Shown here piece after piece: positions 9,007 to 18,970 of a stretch of 64,000 nucleotides of DNA. The stretch comes from Bacteroidales bacterium (GTDB lineage: Bacteria > Bacteroidota > Bacteroidia > Bacteroidales > UBA4181): contig JAVBSH010000064.1 in assembly GCA_031547085.1 (NCBI GenBank), positions 7,707 to 71,706 of the forward strand. The letters run 5' to 3'. Each line of letters starts with the position of its first letter. The stretch's first letter is position 1. Both the position numbers and the translations under genes were made by a program. The notes under the pieces are model-generated. The model saw only the letters and a list, made by a program, of their open reading frames with translations. It did not search any database and had not been told where the DNA came from.

Positions 9007-11406
9007 TTAAAACTCTACATGCACCCCCCAATACCATTGGGCACCCGTTTTATCCATAAATCCAAACTCCTGCGATTTCGAATTGAAAATATTGTTCACA
9101 TTCATGAAAACGGAACAGGATCTCATGAACTGGTATGCAACGCGCAAGTTCACCAGCATTTTGGCTTTAATATCGAAAGAGCCATATTCATGGATCAAGG
9201 TTTGTTTGCTAAAGCCATAACCGGTTGATGTGATCGTCCAGTCACTGGTAGGCAACCAGTTGACCTCAAATCCGCCATAAAATGATGGGGTAGCCTTATT
9301 GGTGGTATTAACCAAACTATCACGGATATTGCTGATCGCCGTATTATCACTCCAAATACCCGGTTTACCGGCTATATAGGCATCTGCCAAATCGGATTTT
9401 TCATCGGCTGTCAGCACATCATGTTTTTTTAGTTCGGTATACTGGTAGGTACCAAATAAGCGGAAATTTAAATATTGATTGATCACTACGCCTATTTCTG
9501 CGGTTGCACCATACTGTTGACTCGTTTCCTTGACATTATTATATGTCTGATGCCGTTCATAAGGGTAAGGGGTATTGGTGTACTGATTAAGGGTATAATG
9601 TATGGTATCGATCCCCAGCACACTAATATCCTTCAGCTTGGTGTAGAAAGCCTCACCGCTGAACAACACATGTTTTCCCAATTTGCGCCGGTAGCCCAAC
9701 TCAAACATGTCCATGATTGCTAGTTCGAGATTCGGATTTCCATCTAAGTTCACCGTAAAATGATTTTTGGGATCGGGATTAGCGGGAGTATCGAAAGAAT
9801 GCATATACGGTGCAGGAAATACGTTATTGATGATCAGTGATGCATTCGATTTCATGTCGAGCATGAATGGGCTGCGGTTGGCACGAGAATAAGTAGCCCG
9901 GATCGAACTATTTTCGTATAATTTATAATTGGCCACCAATTGCCAGGTGGGGTACCCTTTATCGGGATCGGTATTCTGTTCGTAACGGAATGCACCCACC
10001 AAACGGAGTTTTTTGAATAGAGAATAGTCCAAACGTATGCTGGGCGCAAAGGAACTCATGATTGCTTCGCCGTTAAGGTACGAATCTTCACCGGGTATCA
10101 CGTAGGGAATGTCGTTCAACATGCTCCTCGCATAGCTTAATCCTGGACGAACATTCAATCGTTTATCCAATAATTGAAAATTATAATCGGCATTCACATA
10201 TAAGTTACCCAAGTCGAGTTTATAACCAGGCGATCCCATCGACATATCTTCAGTACCCCACATATAGCTTGCCTGCAGATTAAAACCATATATCATCGTG
10301 CGCATATCGACATACTGGGTTTCAAATTTCCGGGAAGTATGCGCAACAAAACCATTGTCGGTATTGGAAGAAATGGTAGTAGAACGTTGCGTCCCGATAG
10401 CAAAGTCGACATTGATGTTTTCGGTCGGGTTATAGAATATATAACCATTTGCGCCATATGCATCCAACGATAGCGAAGGATCATCATACATGGCATCAGG
10501 GTCCATCCCCACCAGTGTTACCGAATCCACGGGGTAATAGCCGCTTGCGGGAAGTTTTGGCGTCAAAGATTCTGATCTCCACATCCACACATCTTCCTGC
10601 GCCCGGTCGCGGTAATTGTAATTTCCTGAGAATCTGAATTTCAATTTGTCGTTTATTCCGAAAGAAATGGCCAGGTTTTGTGCACCGGAAACCGCCATTG
10701 AAGAAGCCCCCTCATTAAAACGATTACCCGACTGAAGGTTAGCCTCTACCGAAGGTTTTTTCGAAGCCACTTTTTGTGTGATGATATTGATCACACCCGT
10801 AACAGCATTAGCGCCATAAAGAGCGCTTGCAGGCCCTCGAACCACTTCAATGCGGTCGATATCGGCCAAGCCTATTGGTAATGATTCCCAGAAAGTACCG
10901 CCCGTAGTGTAGTTATACACAGGGCGTCCATCAATCATTACCAGGGTAAGCGTATTTTCGGACATGTAAGTTTGCTGTCCGCTTGGAATATTTTCATTAC
11001 CACGGATATGCACATCGTAATTACCATTAGTTTTCTCACGGACAATGATGCCGGGAATTAATCGTAATGCTTCGGGTATGGAAAGAACACCGGCACGGGC
11101 AATATCTTCAGCCGATATTACGGAAGTGGATAATGGCGTATCAAAAAAACTTTCGCTTGACTTGGATGCGATGGATACATCTTTATTAAGCACCATATTG
11201 AATAAATCATCAATGGAAACGCCCACAATATCAGCCAATCTCATTAGCTCATCTAACGGAAGGTCGGCTAACTGGTCGTAACTCATAGACAGTATGTCTT
11301 CCTTGGTCATTTTGTCAATCGGTTTCTGAGCAAAACCGGCTGTAGCGCTCAACATCACAACTAAAAGTATTACGCCTATTTTACGGGTTATATCAAGTAT
11401 TTTCAT
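9007..11406 (-). CDS. TonB-dependent receptor (YfiR-associated type), copy 1
   Basis: Signal peptide; plug motifs TLVMIDGRPVY and IDRIEVVRGPASALYGANAVTGVINIIT; C-terminal F; likely start MKILD (ORF extends to 11439). Confidence 0.9.
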   Translation of the reverse strand: MKILDITRKIGVILLVVMLSATAGFAQKPIDKMTKEDILSMSYDQLADLPLDELMRLADIVGVSIDDLFNMVLNKDVSIASKSSESFFDTPLSTSVISAEDIARAGVLSIPEALRLIPGIIVREKTNGNYDVHIRGNENIPSGQQTYMSENTLTLVMIDGRPVYNYTTGGTFWESLPIGLADIDRIEVVRGPASALYGANAVTGVINIITQKVASKKPSVEANLQSGNRFNEGASSMAVSGAQNLAISFGINDKLKFRFSGNYNYRDRAQEDVWMWRSESLTPKLPASGYYPVDSVTLVGMDPDAMYDDPSLSLDAYGANGYIFYNPTENINVDFAIGTQRSTTISSNTDNGFVAHTSRKFETQYVDMRTMIYGFNLQASYMWGTEDMSMGSPGYKLDLGNLYVNADYNFQLLDKRLNVRPGLSYARSMLNDIPYVIPGEDSYLNGEAIMSSFAPSIRLDYSLFKKLRLVGAFRYEQNTDPDKGYPTWQLVANYKLYENSSIRATYSRANRSPFMLDMKSNASLIINNVFPAPYMHSFDTPANPDPKNHFTVNLDGNPNLELAIMDMFELGYRRKLGKHVLFSGEAFYTKLKDISVLGIDTIHYTLNQYTNTPYPYERHQTYNNVKETSQQYGATAEIGVVINQYLNFRLFGTYQYTELKKHDVLTADEKSDLADAYIAGKPGIWSDNTAISNIRDSLVNTTNKATPSFYGGFEVNWLPTSDWTITSTGYGFSKQTLIHEYGSFDIKAKMLVNLRVAYQFMRSCSVFMNVNNIFNSKSQEFGFMDKTGAQWYWGVHVEF

Positions 11407-11438
11407 TACAGTTATTTTTTCAATTATTACACTTTTCA

Positions 11439-11945
11439 TTAAATGACAATGCCTAAATTAGCCAATGTACTGGCCATTTGCAGTCCCTGTTTTTGGAAAC
11501 GCGCCTTGTTGATCTCAAAATTGAGTTTTCCGCCAACAATCACATAATTGATACAGGCGCCCTGCTGTGCCAATCCATCCTTATCGGTAACCAACAGAAC
11601 AGGCTTACCTTCCACTTTCGACAATACAGCGCTGAAATCACTGCTTTTGTCCGTGGGGAGGTATAAGATATGACATTTGTCAACGGCACCGGGATTGTCT
11701 ACCTTTTTTACCACAATATTTTGCTGTCCGACCTTTTTACTGGCTGCCACTTTTTGCAACTCGCCAATGACAGGCGAATCGCCAAGCACGGCAATAATAA
11801 AATCGCCTTGCTTCATATCGGCAGGCCATTCTACATTCTTGGTAAAATTATACATGAACAATGCTTTAAACATTTCGTTCTGCGCCAATGTGACCGATAA
11901 CGGGCACAATAGGAACAACAACATGATCATAAAAAGTTTCTTCAT
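11439..11945 (-). CDS. YfiR/HmsC (DUF4154) periplasmic protein, copy 1
   Basis: KALFMYNFTKNVEWP, CHILY, INY..KLNFEIN, signal peptide; likely start MKKLF. Confidence 0.85.
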   Translation of the reverse strand: MKKLFMIMLLFLLCPLSVTLAQNEMFKALFMYNFTKNVEWPADMKQGDFIIAVLGDSPVIGELQKVAASKKVGQQNIVVKKVDNPGAVDKCHILYLPTDKSSDFSAVLSKVEGKPVLLVTDKDGLAQQGACINYVIVGGKLNFEINKARFQKQGLQMASTLANLGIVI

Positions 11946-12125
11946 CTTTTCAAATGATTTTGAGTTAAAAACATCTATTTTATACGCAACTAAACACATT
12001 TAGTTACACTTTGTTTTGTATTTTTTATTCTCAAGTATACTTCAACAAAGGCAGGATAATATTTTATTTTATGTTGATAATAAACATATTACACATCTAT
12101 GTGGTCAATATTAAATATAAAAACA

Positions 12126-12301
12126 ATATGATTATCAGGCACTATGCCTAAAGAGATATTTCCACGCGCGTACTCATACCTCGTACGTCATTGTAAACCA
12201 TAGATTGACTGCGTTGCTCCCTTCGGGGGAGTGCAGCATGCGGAGTGGAGACATCTTTGAGTTATTTTATCCTCTTTAGGCATCAAAAACGATCATCATA
12301 T
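12126..12301. repeat. Inverted-repeat-bounded element A (MITE-like)
   Basis: atatgattatcaggcactatgcctaaagag ... ctctttaggcatcaaaaacgatcatcatat; same end family as 12533-12729. Confidence 0.55.
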
Positions 12302-12392
12302 AAATTATACAACCGGTATAAACCAAATATCAACTATTCCGTAAAACAAAACATTAAAAAGCATGTGCATAAAATGTTATTTTGCCGGCTTC

Positions 12393-12441
12393 TTAGCTGT
12401 ACTTATCCTATACTTTAGCTGTACTTATCCTGTACTTGTCC
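12393..12441. repeat. Short tandem repeat
   Basis: ttagctgtacttatcct twice (22-bp period) plus partial gtacttgtcc. Confidence 0.7.
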
Positions 12442-12487
12442 CAACTGAACAGGTTTGCTCAGATTAATTGTGTATTAATAAAACAAA

Positions 12488-12519
12488 ACAATGACAGGTT
12501 TGGTTTAACCTGTCATTGT
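12488..12519 (-). terminator. Intrinsic terminator downstream of TBDR-2
   Basis: 13-bp perfect stem acaatgacaggtt/aacctgtcattgt, T-run on the minus strand. Confidence 0.75.
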
Positions 12520-12532
12520 CCTTTATAATTTA

Positions 12533-12729
12533 ATATGATTATCGGGCATCATGCCTATACGATTGAAAAATCACGTTCAGCGTAGTCTCCAGACTACGCT
12601 GGGTTAAAAGGAAAGCTCCTGCTTTCCATATTTACAAGGCAGGAGCCTTGCTTTTAACTGCGACGTAGCGAAACGCTACGCCGAACAGTCCGACCAACAA
12701 ACATTGGGCATGATAACCGATAATCATAT
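12533..12729. mobile_element. MITE-like element B with 23-bp terminal inverted repeats enclosing a REP/REPIN-like multi-hairpin (12575-12686)
   Basis: TIR atatgattatcgggcatcatgcc vs ggcatgataaccgataatcatat (21/23); the inner 112 bp recur inverted at 15860-15971. Confidence 0.65.
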
Positions 12730-12732
12730 AAT

Positions 12733-15171
12733 TTAAAATCCGATACGCAAACCCCAATACCAAATAGCCTCTGTTTTATCCATGAATCCAAATTCGTGAG
12801 ATTCCGAATTAAAGATGTTGTTCACACTCATGAAAAAACTACTATTCTTGCCAAACTTGTATGCAGCACGAAGATTCACCAGCATTTTAGCCGGAATGTC
12901 GAAAGTACCATACTGGTGTACATAGGTCTGCTTGGTAAATCCATAACCTGTGGATGTAAAAGACCATTTATCCGAAGGCAACCAATTCAATTCGTACCCG
13001 CCATAGAACGTAGGCGTTGCTTCATTATTACCATCAACAAAGTTATCGGCAACCTGATCCCAAGTATAGGTTACGTCATCGGTACTCCAGTCTACATTAG
13101 GATCGTTAGTTGCACCGTCGGCCATGTGAGCGGTCCTGTTTCCTGTGTATGTGCTATGGTTTTTCAAATCGGTCTGCTGCAAAGTACCGAACAAACGGAA
13201 ATTCCATGCACGGTTGATAACCACGCCTACCTCGGCTGTAGCTCCTATTTGTTGGCTTGTCTCCTTAATATTGCTGTAAGTGTTGTGCTGTGCATACGTA
13301 TATACCAAAGGAGGCCCACCACGATATGTAAACGGAGCCGGATAACCGCCCATTACATTGGTCATCATCACCTTGTCGGCATCCATTGAACTCATATCCC
13401 GCAACTTACTGTAAAACAACTCCATATTCAATAATACGTGTTGTCCCAGTTTCTGACGATACCCCAGTTCAACCATATCCATAACAGCCAGTTTCAGATT
13501 TTTATTACCTTCAAGATAAGCTGTATATCGGTTTTTAGGATCGGATGGATCGAGGGAATGAATCAACGAGCTTCCCAATCCAGGTACATCGATCATGATC
13601 TTGTCGCGCATTACCAGTGTGGCATCGGCTTGCACATCGAGCATAAAAGGGCTACGGTTGGCACGGGAATATACCATACGTACCGAACTACCCTTATTGA
13701 TGCGGTAATTGGCTATCAGCTGCCAGGTAGGATAACCCTTATCAGGATCCGCATTTTGCTCATAACGGAAAGCGCCGACGAAACGCAATTGTTCGATAGG
13801 TTTATAATCAACCCGAAGACTCGGTGCAAACGAACTCAATGTTTCCCCGGCATTGAGAAAAACTTGCGCATATGCATTGTCTGAAACTTTGGATGTAGAA
13901 TAACTAAACCCGGGACGAATCCCCAACTTTTTACCCAGCAACTCGAAATTATAATCCAGGTTAATATTGAATGCCGAAATGTCAAACTCATATCCAAGCG
14001 AACCCAACGATAGGTTTTCATATCCCCACATATAATTAGTTTGTAGGTTGAACCCGTATGCAGAAGCCCTTAAATCGGCATATTGTGTCTCTATTTTGCG
14101 GGTAGTGTGGGCTACAAATCCCATGTCGGTATTGGACGAAATCACAGTTGAACGTTGCAAACCGGTTGACAGGTTGACACTGATTTCAGGATTCGGATCG
14201 TAAAACGCATACCCGTTGAACGAATAAGCATCCAGAGCCATGGTGGGATCTTCGTACATTTCATCAGCATCCATTCCTACAAGGGAAACGTCCTCCACCG
14301 GGTAATAACCTCTTTCGGCAAGGTCGGGAGTCTGGTTATCATCTTTCCACAAGTATACATCTTCCTGGGCGCGGTCGCGATAATTGTAATTACCCGATAG
14401 CCTGAACTTCAATTTATCATTAGCGCCAATCGACAGCCCCAGATTTTGCGATCCGGAAGTAGCCATTCCCGAAGGCATACTGGCAAAACGGTTACCCGAT
14501 TGTATGGCTGCATCTACCGAAGGTTTTTTGGAATCTACTTTTTTGGAAATAATATTAATGACACCTGTTACAGCATTGGGGCCATACAACGCACTTGCCG
14601 GACCGCGAACCACTTCGATACGGTCAACATCATTCAGGCCAATAGGTAATGATTCCCAGAAAGTTCCGCCAGTAGCATAATTATACACCGGGCGGCCATC
14701 GATCATCACCAAAGTCAATGTATTTTCGGAAAAAATCGTTACCTGTCCGTAAGGAATGTTGTCGTTTCCACGGATATGGATATCGTAATTTCCATTGGTT
14801 TTTTCGCGTACGATCACTCCGGGGATCAACCTCATAGCCTCAGGTATGGATAACACGCCCGAACGCACAATATCTTCGGAAGTAAGCACCGTTGTGGATA
14901 AAGGAGTATCGAAAAAGCTTTCGCTTGATTTGGAAGCAATAGATACATCTTTATTCAGCACCATATTGAACAAGTCATCAATGGAAACGCCCACAATATC
15001 AGCTAATCTCATCAACTCATCTAACGGAAGATCGGCTAACTGGTCATAACTCATGGCCAACACATCTTCCTTGGTCATTTTATCAATTGGCTTTTGTGCC
15101 ACAGCAACGGCACAAAACATCATCATTAAAAGTATGATGCTTATTTTACGAAACGTGTGAAAAATTTTCAT
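12733..15171 (-). CDS. TonB-dependent receptor (YfiR-associated type), copy 2
   Basis: Paralogue of 9007-11406; same plug motifs; C-terminal F. Confidence 0.9.
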   Translation of the reverse strand: MKIFHTFRKISIILLMMMFCAVAVAQKPIDKMTKEDVLAMSYDQLADLPLDELMRLADIVGVSIDDLFNMVLNKDVSIASKSSESFFDTPLSTTVLTSEDIVRSGVLSIPEAMRLIPGVIVREKTNGNYDIHIRGNDNIPYGQVTIFSENTLTLVMIDGRPVYNYATGGTFWESLPIGLNDVDRIEVVRGPASALYGPNAVTGVINIISKKVDSKKPSVDAAIQSGNRFASMPSGMATSGSQNLGLSIGANDKLKFRLSGNYNYRDRAQEDVYLWKDDNQTPDLAERGYYPVEDVSLVGMDADEMYEDPTMALDAYSFNGYAFYDPNPEISVNLSTGLQRSTVISSNTDMGFVAHTTRKIETQYADLRASAYGFNLQTNYMWGYENLSLGSLGYEFDISAFNINLDYNFELLGKKLGIRPGFSYSTSKVSDNAYAQVFLNAGETLSSFAPSLRVDYKPIEQLRFVGAFRYEQNADPDKGYPTWQLIANYRINKGSSVRMVYSRANRSPFMLDVQADATLVMRDKIMIDVPGLGSSLIHSLDPSDPKNRYTAYLEGNKNLKLAVMDMVELGYRQKLGQHVLLNMELFYSKLRDMSSMDADKVMMTNVMGGYPAPFTYRGGPPLVYTYAQHNTYSNIKETSQQIGATAEVGVVINRAWNFRLFGTLQQTDLKNHSTYTGNRTAHMADGATNDPNVDWSTDDVTYTWDQVADNFVDGNNEATPTFYGGYELNWLPSDKWSFTSTGYGFTKQTYVHQYGTFDIPAKMLVNLRAAYKFGKNSSFFMSVNNIFNSESHEFGFMDKTEAIWYWGLRIGF

Positions 15172-15208
15172 TATAGTTGTTTTCTATTATTAATTTACTT
15201 CTTATTCA

Positions 15209-15715
15209 TTAAATGACAATGCCTAAATTAGCCAAAGTACTGGCCATTTGCAGTCCCTGTTTTTGGAATCGCGCCTTGTTGATCTCAAAATTGAGCTTTC
15301 CACCAACAATCACATAGTTGATACAGGCACCTTGTTGTGCCAACCCATCCTTATCGGTAACCAGCAAAACAGGCTTGCCTTCCACTTTTGACAATACAGC
15401 ACTGAAATCACTGCTTTTGTCCGTAGGCAAATATAGGATATGGCATTTATCAATGGCGCCGGGATTGTCTACCTTCTTCACCACAATATTCTGCTGCCCG
15501 ACTTTTTTACTGGCGGCCACTTTTTGCAATTCGCCAATGACAGGCGAATCGCCCAGCACGGCAATAATAAAATCGCCTTGTTTCATATCGGCAGGCCATT
15601 CCACATTCTTGGTAAAATTATACATGAACAATGCTTTAAACATTTCATTCTGCGCCAGCGTAACCGCAAATGGACACAAGAGAAACAGTAACATGATCAC
15701 AAAAACTTTTCTCAT
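15209..15715 (-). CDS. YfiR/HmsC (DUF4154) periplasmic protein, copy 2
   Basis: Mature part differs from copy 1 at one residue (GAVDK/GAIDK). Confidence 0.85.
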   Translation of the reverse strand: MRKVFVIMLLFLLCPFAVTLAQNEMFKALFMYNFTKNVEWPADMKQGDFIIAVLGDSPVIGELQKVAASKKVGQQNIVVKKVDNPGAIDKCHILYLPTDKSSDFSAVLSKVEGKPVLLVTDKDGLAQQGACINYVIVGGKLNFEINKARFQKQGLQMASTLANLGIVI

Positions 15716-15859
15716 TTTTATATTTATTTTTATTATTTTTCAATCCGTTATACGGGATAAAACAGATTTAGTTTCATTTTGTTTATCATTTTATACCAAG
15801 GTGAAAATGGTTTTAGCTTTGCTGAGCTCGCAAGCTCGGTTCGGATTTTCCGAAGTGGC

Positions 15860-15971
15860 ATTCGGCGTAGCGTCTTCGCTCCGTCGCAGCTAAAAGCAAG
15901 GCTCCTGCCTTGCATGGTGGAAAGCAGGAGCTTTCCTTTTAGCGCGACGGAGTCTGGAGACTCCGCCGAAC
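15860..15971. repeat. REP/REPIN-like palindromic element, inverted copy of 12575-12686
   Basis: ttcggcgtagcg...aaaagcaaggctcctgccttg...ggaaagcaggagctttcctttt...agtctggagact...gaac matches the reverse complement of 12575-12686. Confidence 0.8.
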
Positions 15972-16011
15972 AACGATCCGAAAACCACTTTCACTTTAGT
16001 ATATATGACAA

Positions 16012-16041
16012 AACCCCTGAATTACTTAAAATTCAGAGGTT
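16012..16041 (-). terminator. Intrinsic terminator after the GAF sensor gene
   Basis: aacccctgaatt/aattcagaggtt stem (one G-U pair on the minus strand) then T-run. Confidence 0.6.
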
Positions 16042-16105
16042 CTTAAACACATTCAGATACATCAATAATTTACTACAAAATATTCACATGGAAATTCATA
16101 CCGTT

Positions 16106-18040
16106 TCATGATAACCTGATTTCTGCCGTCACACACAAGTATTTACTAATCTCACGATAGTTATTCCTTTGAGGTACAAATATCTGGCGACAAATGTATA
16201 CCTTATCACCAATGGTTAAACGGTCTGTGGTTTCCTGCATTTCACCTTCGCGCAATTGCTGCCACACCCACTCATATTCTTTGCCGTTCATATCCTTTTT
16301 ACTGTTCAGCAAGTCAGTATACTTATGGCCTAATATCCGGTCACCATTAATCTCCAATTTATTTTCCACATTACGATTAGCCCGTAGCACTTCAAAATCG
16401 ACCGACAACTCGATAACGGGAAAGGCTTCTTCCATGGCATTGCTGAAACTTTGATATTCCTGTTCTTTCCGTGTCCATTCTTCCTGGGTAGCCTGCAATT
16501 CTTCCATGTTTTGACGCAATTCCTCTTCTTGCTCCGACATTTCCTGCGTCTGTAATTTAGCCTGTTCAAGCAATTTTGTGGTACGTTCGCTCACTTTCAA
16601 CGACGAAATAGTGGAAGCAATGCTTTCGCTTACTTTTTCGATAAATTCCCTAATATAAGGCTGAAATTCGACAAATGCCGCCAGTTCCAAAACTCCGAAA
16701 ACTTCTTCGTTCACCTTCAACGGCACAATCAGTATGGCCGATGGCGCTTCGCCTCCCAACCCGGACGTTATCTCCACATAATCGTGGGGAACCTCGGTCA
16801 TATATATCGTTTCGCCTTCCTGGAAACAAGTTCCGGCAAGCCCCTCTCCTACTTCGATCCGCTTCTCGGCAAATTTCTTACGATCGTAAGCATAACACGA
16901 ACGCATTTCGAGGAATTTATTTTGCGGATCACCATCATTGACTACAAAAATGCCACCCTGATTAGCTTCGATGTACCGTACCAGGTTATACAACACTTCG
17001 TGCGTCATCGTTTCCATATCAGTATTATTGTTGCGAAGTATTTCAGCAAATTTAGCCACGCCTTGTGCTGCCCAGTTCCGGCGATCGTCTTCCTCCTTAC
17101 GTTTCTGCTCTTCGCTATCGGCCCGTTGCAGGCTTACACGCATATTGAGCAACGAATTGCCCAGCACGTCGTCGTTACTCAATGTCTGGAATTCAGCATC
17201 CAGATGGCCTTTCCCTATTTCGTCGGCAAAATTGGTCGTCGATCGCAAACCATCAATCAATATATTAATCGAAGTGGCAATCATACCGATCTCATCTTTT
17301 TGCTTGATGGCCGATTTCTCAGAAAGGTTACCTGTCGCCAGTTTACCGATAAGCGAGTCTATTTTCTGCAATGGTTTCACAATAGAGAAATGACTATATG
17401 TAGCCGATATCAAAACGATCATGATCAGGATAACATTGGTAGCCATAATCAGCCGTTGAAATCCGGTAAAGTCATTGGTGATTTGATCCTGGGCATATGT
17501 TGCCTGTTGCCTGAAATCCTGTTCCAGACGGACAACACGGGCTACCAGCTTTTGTGCAATCAATGCCGAATTTTCTGCCATAGTGGGAGTCAACATTCGA
17601 GCGGTTTCATCACTATAACTTTCAAAATTGGAAAGCAATTGCATGATGTTCTCTTGCTCTACAAACAAGGTGTCCTTAACAGCTGTAACAATTCCCTGCA
17701 ATTGGGCCTGTTTATCGGCAGCCCAATTCACAGATAATTGCACAAGGCTATCGCTCAATGTTCCAAACTCCTTTTGATGAATGGCAACAAGGGCTAACTT
17801 ATTGTCGGTATCGGGTGTCTGTTCTACAAAAACCCAGTTTTGCGTCAGGAAATTGGCATAGGTAATCATGTCCGACAGTTGAGTTAAATTATCCCGGCTG
17901 GGATTAAGCTCCGTCATGATTTTATTCTCGAGCGCCTGATATTTACGACCTGTACGGTTGGTTAAATACAGACTGATTAATACGGCAAGGATGATAATTC
18001 CAAACCCAGAACCCAACTTTTGCGTAATGGTCAACTTCAT
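16106..18040 (-). CDS. Membrane sensor: periplasmic domain, HAMP, GAF, coiled coil, PAS; no catalytic output domain
   Basis: MCP-like N-terminus (ITQKLGSGF+TM), second TM + IVKPL..DEIG HAMP, GAF (GEGLAG, LIVPLKVNEEVFGVLELA), EEELRQNMEELQATQEE, PAS-like C-terminus. Confidence 0.8.
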   Translation of the reverse strand: MKLTITQKLGSGFGIIILAVLISLYLTNRTGRKYQALENKIMTELNPSRDNLTQLSDMITYANFLTQNWVFVEQTPDTDNKLALVAIHQKEFGTLSDSLVQLSVNWAADKQAQLQGIVTAVKDTLFVEQENIMQLLSNFESYSDETARMLTPTMAENSALIAQKLVARVVRLEQDFRQQATYAQDQITNDFTGFQRLIMATNVILIMIVLISATYSHFSIVKPLQKIDSLIGKLATGNLSEKSAIKQKDEIGMIATSINILIDGLRSTTNFADEIGKGHLDAEFQTLSNDDVLGNSLLNMRVSLQRADSEEQKRKEEDDRRNWAAQGVAKFAEILRNNNTDMETMTHEVLYNLVRYIEANQGGIFVVNDGDPQNKFLEMRSCYAYDRKKFAEKRIEVGEGLAGTCFQEGETIYMTEVPHDYVEITSGLGGEAPSAILIVPLKVNEEVFGVLELAAFVEFQPYIREFIEKVSESIASTISSLKVSERTTKLLEQAKLQTQEMSEQEEELRQNMEELQATQEEWTRKEQEYQSFSNAMEEAFPVIELSVDFEVLRANRNVENKLEINGDRILGHKYTDLLNSKKDMNGKEYEWVWQQLREGEMQETTDRLTIGDKVYICRQIFVPQRNNYREISKYLCVTAEIRLS

Positions 18041-18227
18041 TTTTGATGAAACGTTTTTACAAATTCAAATATAATGTCTAGCATAAATAAAGGTGCAGAA
18101 TCTCCCGTTTTTGCACATACTTTACATAAACAAATGCAACAAGAAAATGTTGCAAACGTATTATTATACGTAAAAACCCAGAAAGAGTTACAAAAAAGAG
18201 ACATTATCGGTATTTTGTTTATCCTTC

Positions 18228-18911
18228 TTACACTCCAAACCGGTATCCAATACCCGATTCGGTAATCAATAATATAGGTTTCGAAGGATTATCCTCGATC
18301 TTTTTCCGTAGTTGCGCCACAAATACCCGTAGGTACTGGCTCTGTTCCATATAACTGTGTCCCCATATTTCTTTAAGGATGTATTGATGTGTCAGCACAC
18401 AACCCGTGTTCTGGGCAAATAAGGCGAGTAAAGCAAGTTCAGTAGAAGTAAGTTTCAACAATTCACCGTTCTTTTTCACAGTATGGTTCGCAACATCGAT
18501 TGCAAGATCGGCTATTTCAATCACAGGAATATCTTCCCCCGATTGGTTTTGGCGGATAGCTGCACGGATACGTGCCAACAGTTCGCCCGTCCGGAAAGGT
18601 TTTACCAAATAGTCGTTAGCGCCAAAGTCCAAAGCCTGGATAATATCGTCCTCCGAATTACGGACGGATAGAATCAGTATAGGTTTGGAATACCATTCCC
18701 GCAAACGTTTCAGTACCTCCATGCCGTCCTCGTCGGGTAGCCCCAGGTCAAGGATCACCAAATTGGGATGATGACCGGCAGCCATTACCGTTGCTTCCTT
18801 TGCTGTGGCTGCTTCAACGGTTTTGTAACCATTGGCTCCCAAAGTTATAGCAAGAAGCCGGCGGATAGGCAATTCGTCATCAACAATCAAAATCAATCCG
18901 TCCTTGTTCAT
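18228..18911 (-). CDS. kdpE: Response regulator KdpE
   Basis: ILIVDDE, LDLGLPD, YLRVFVAQLRKKIE, TESGIGYRF; follows kdpD. Confidence 0.95.
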   Translation of the reverse strand: MNKDGLILIVDDELPIRRLLAITLGANGYKTVEAATAKEATVMAAGHHPNLVILDLGLPDEDGMEVLKRLREWYSKPILILSVRNSEDDIIQALDFGANDYLVKPFRTGELLARIRAAIRQNQSGEDIPVIEIADLAIDVANHTVKKNGELLKLTSTELALLALFAQNTGCVLTHQYILKEIWGHSYMEQSQYLRVFVAQLRKKIEDNPSKPILLITESGIGYRFGV

Positions 18912-18970
18912 TTTTGATTTTCAATTGACTATTCTTGATTATCATGGTAAGTAAAACATTCCTTATTTTA

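Noticed and set aside
12393..12441. CRISPR array
   Set aside because: Only two short adjacent units with a 5-bp gap; no spacers and no cas genes; the other micro-arrays also lack spacers
16784..17737. 317-aa plus-strand ORF
   Set aside because: Antisense shadow of the GAF sensor; no motifs
16106..18040. Methyl-accepting chemotaxis protein or histidine kinase
   Set aside because: No MCP hairpin signature, H-box or HATPase motifs
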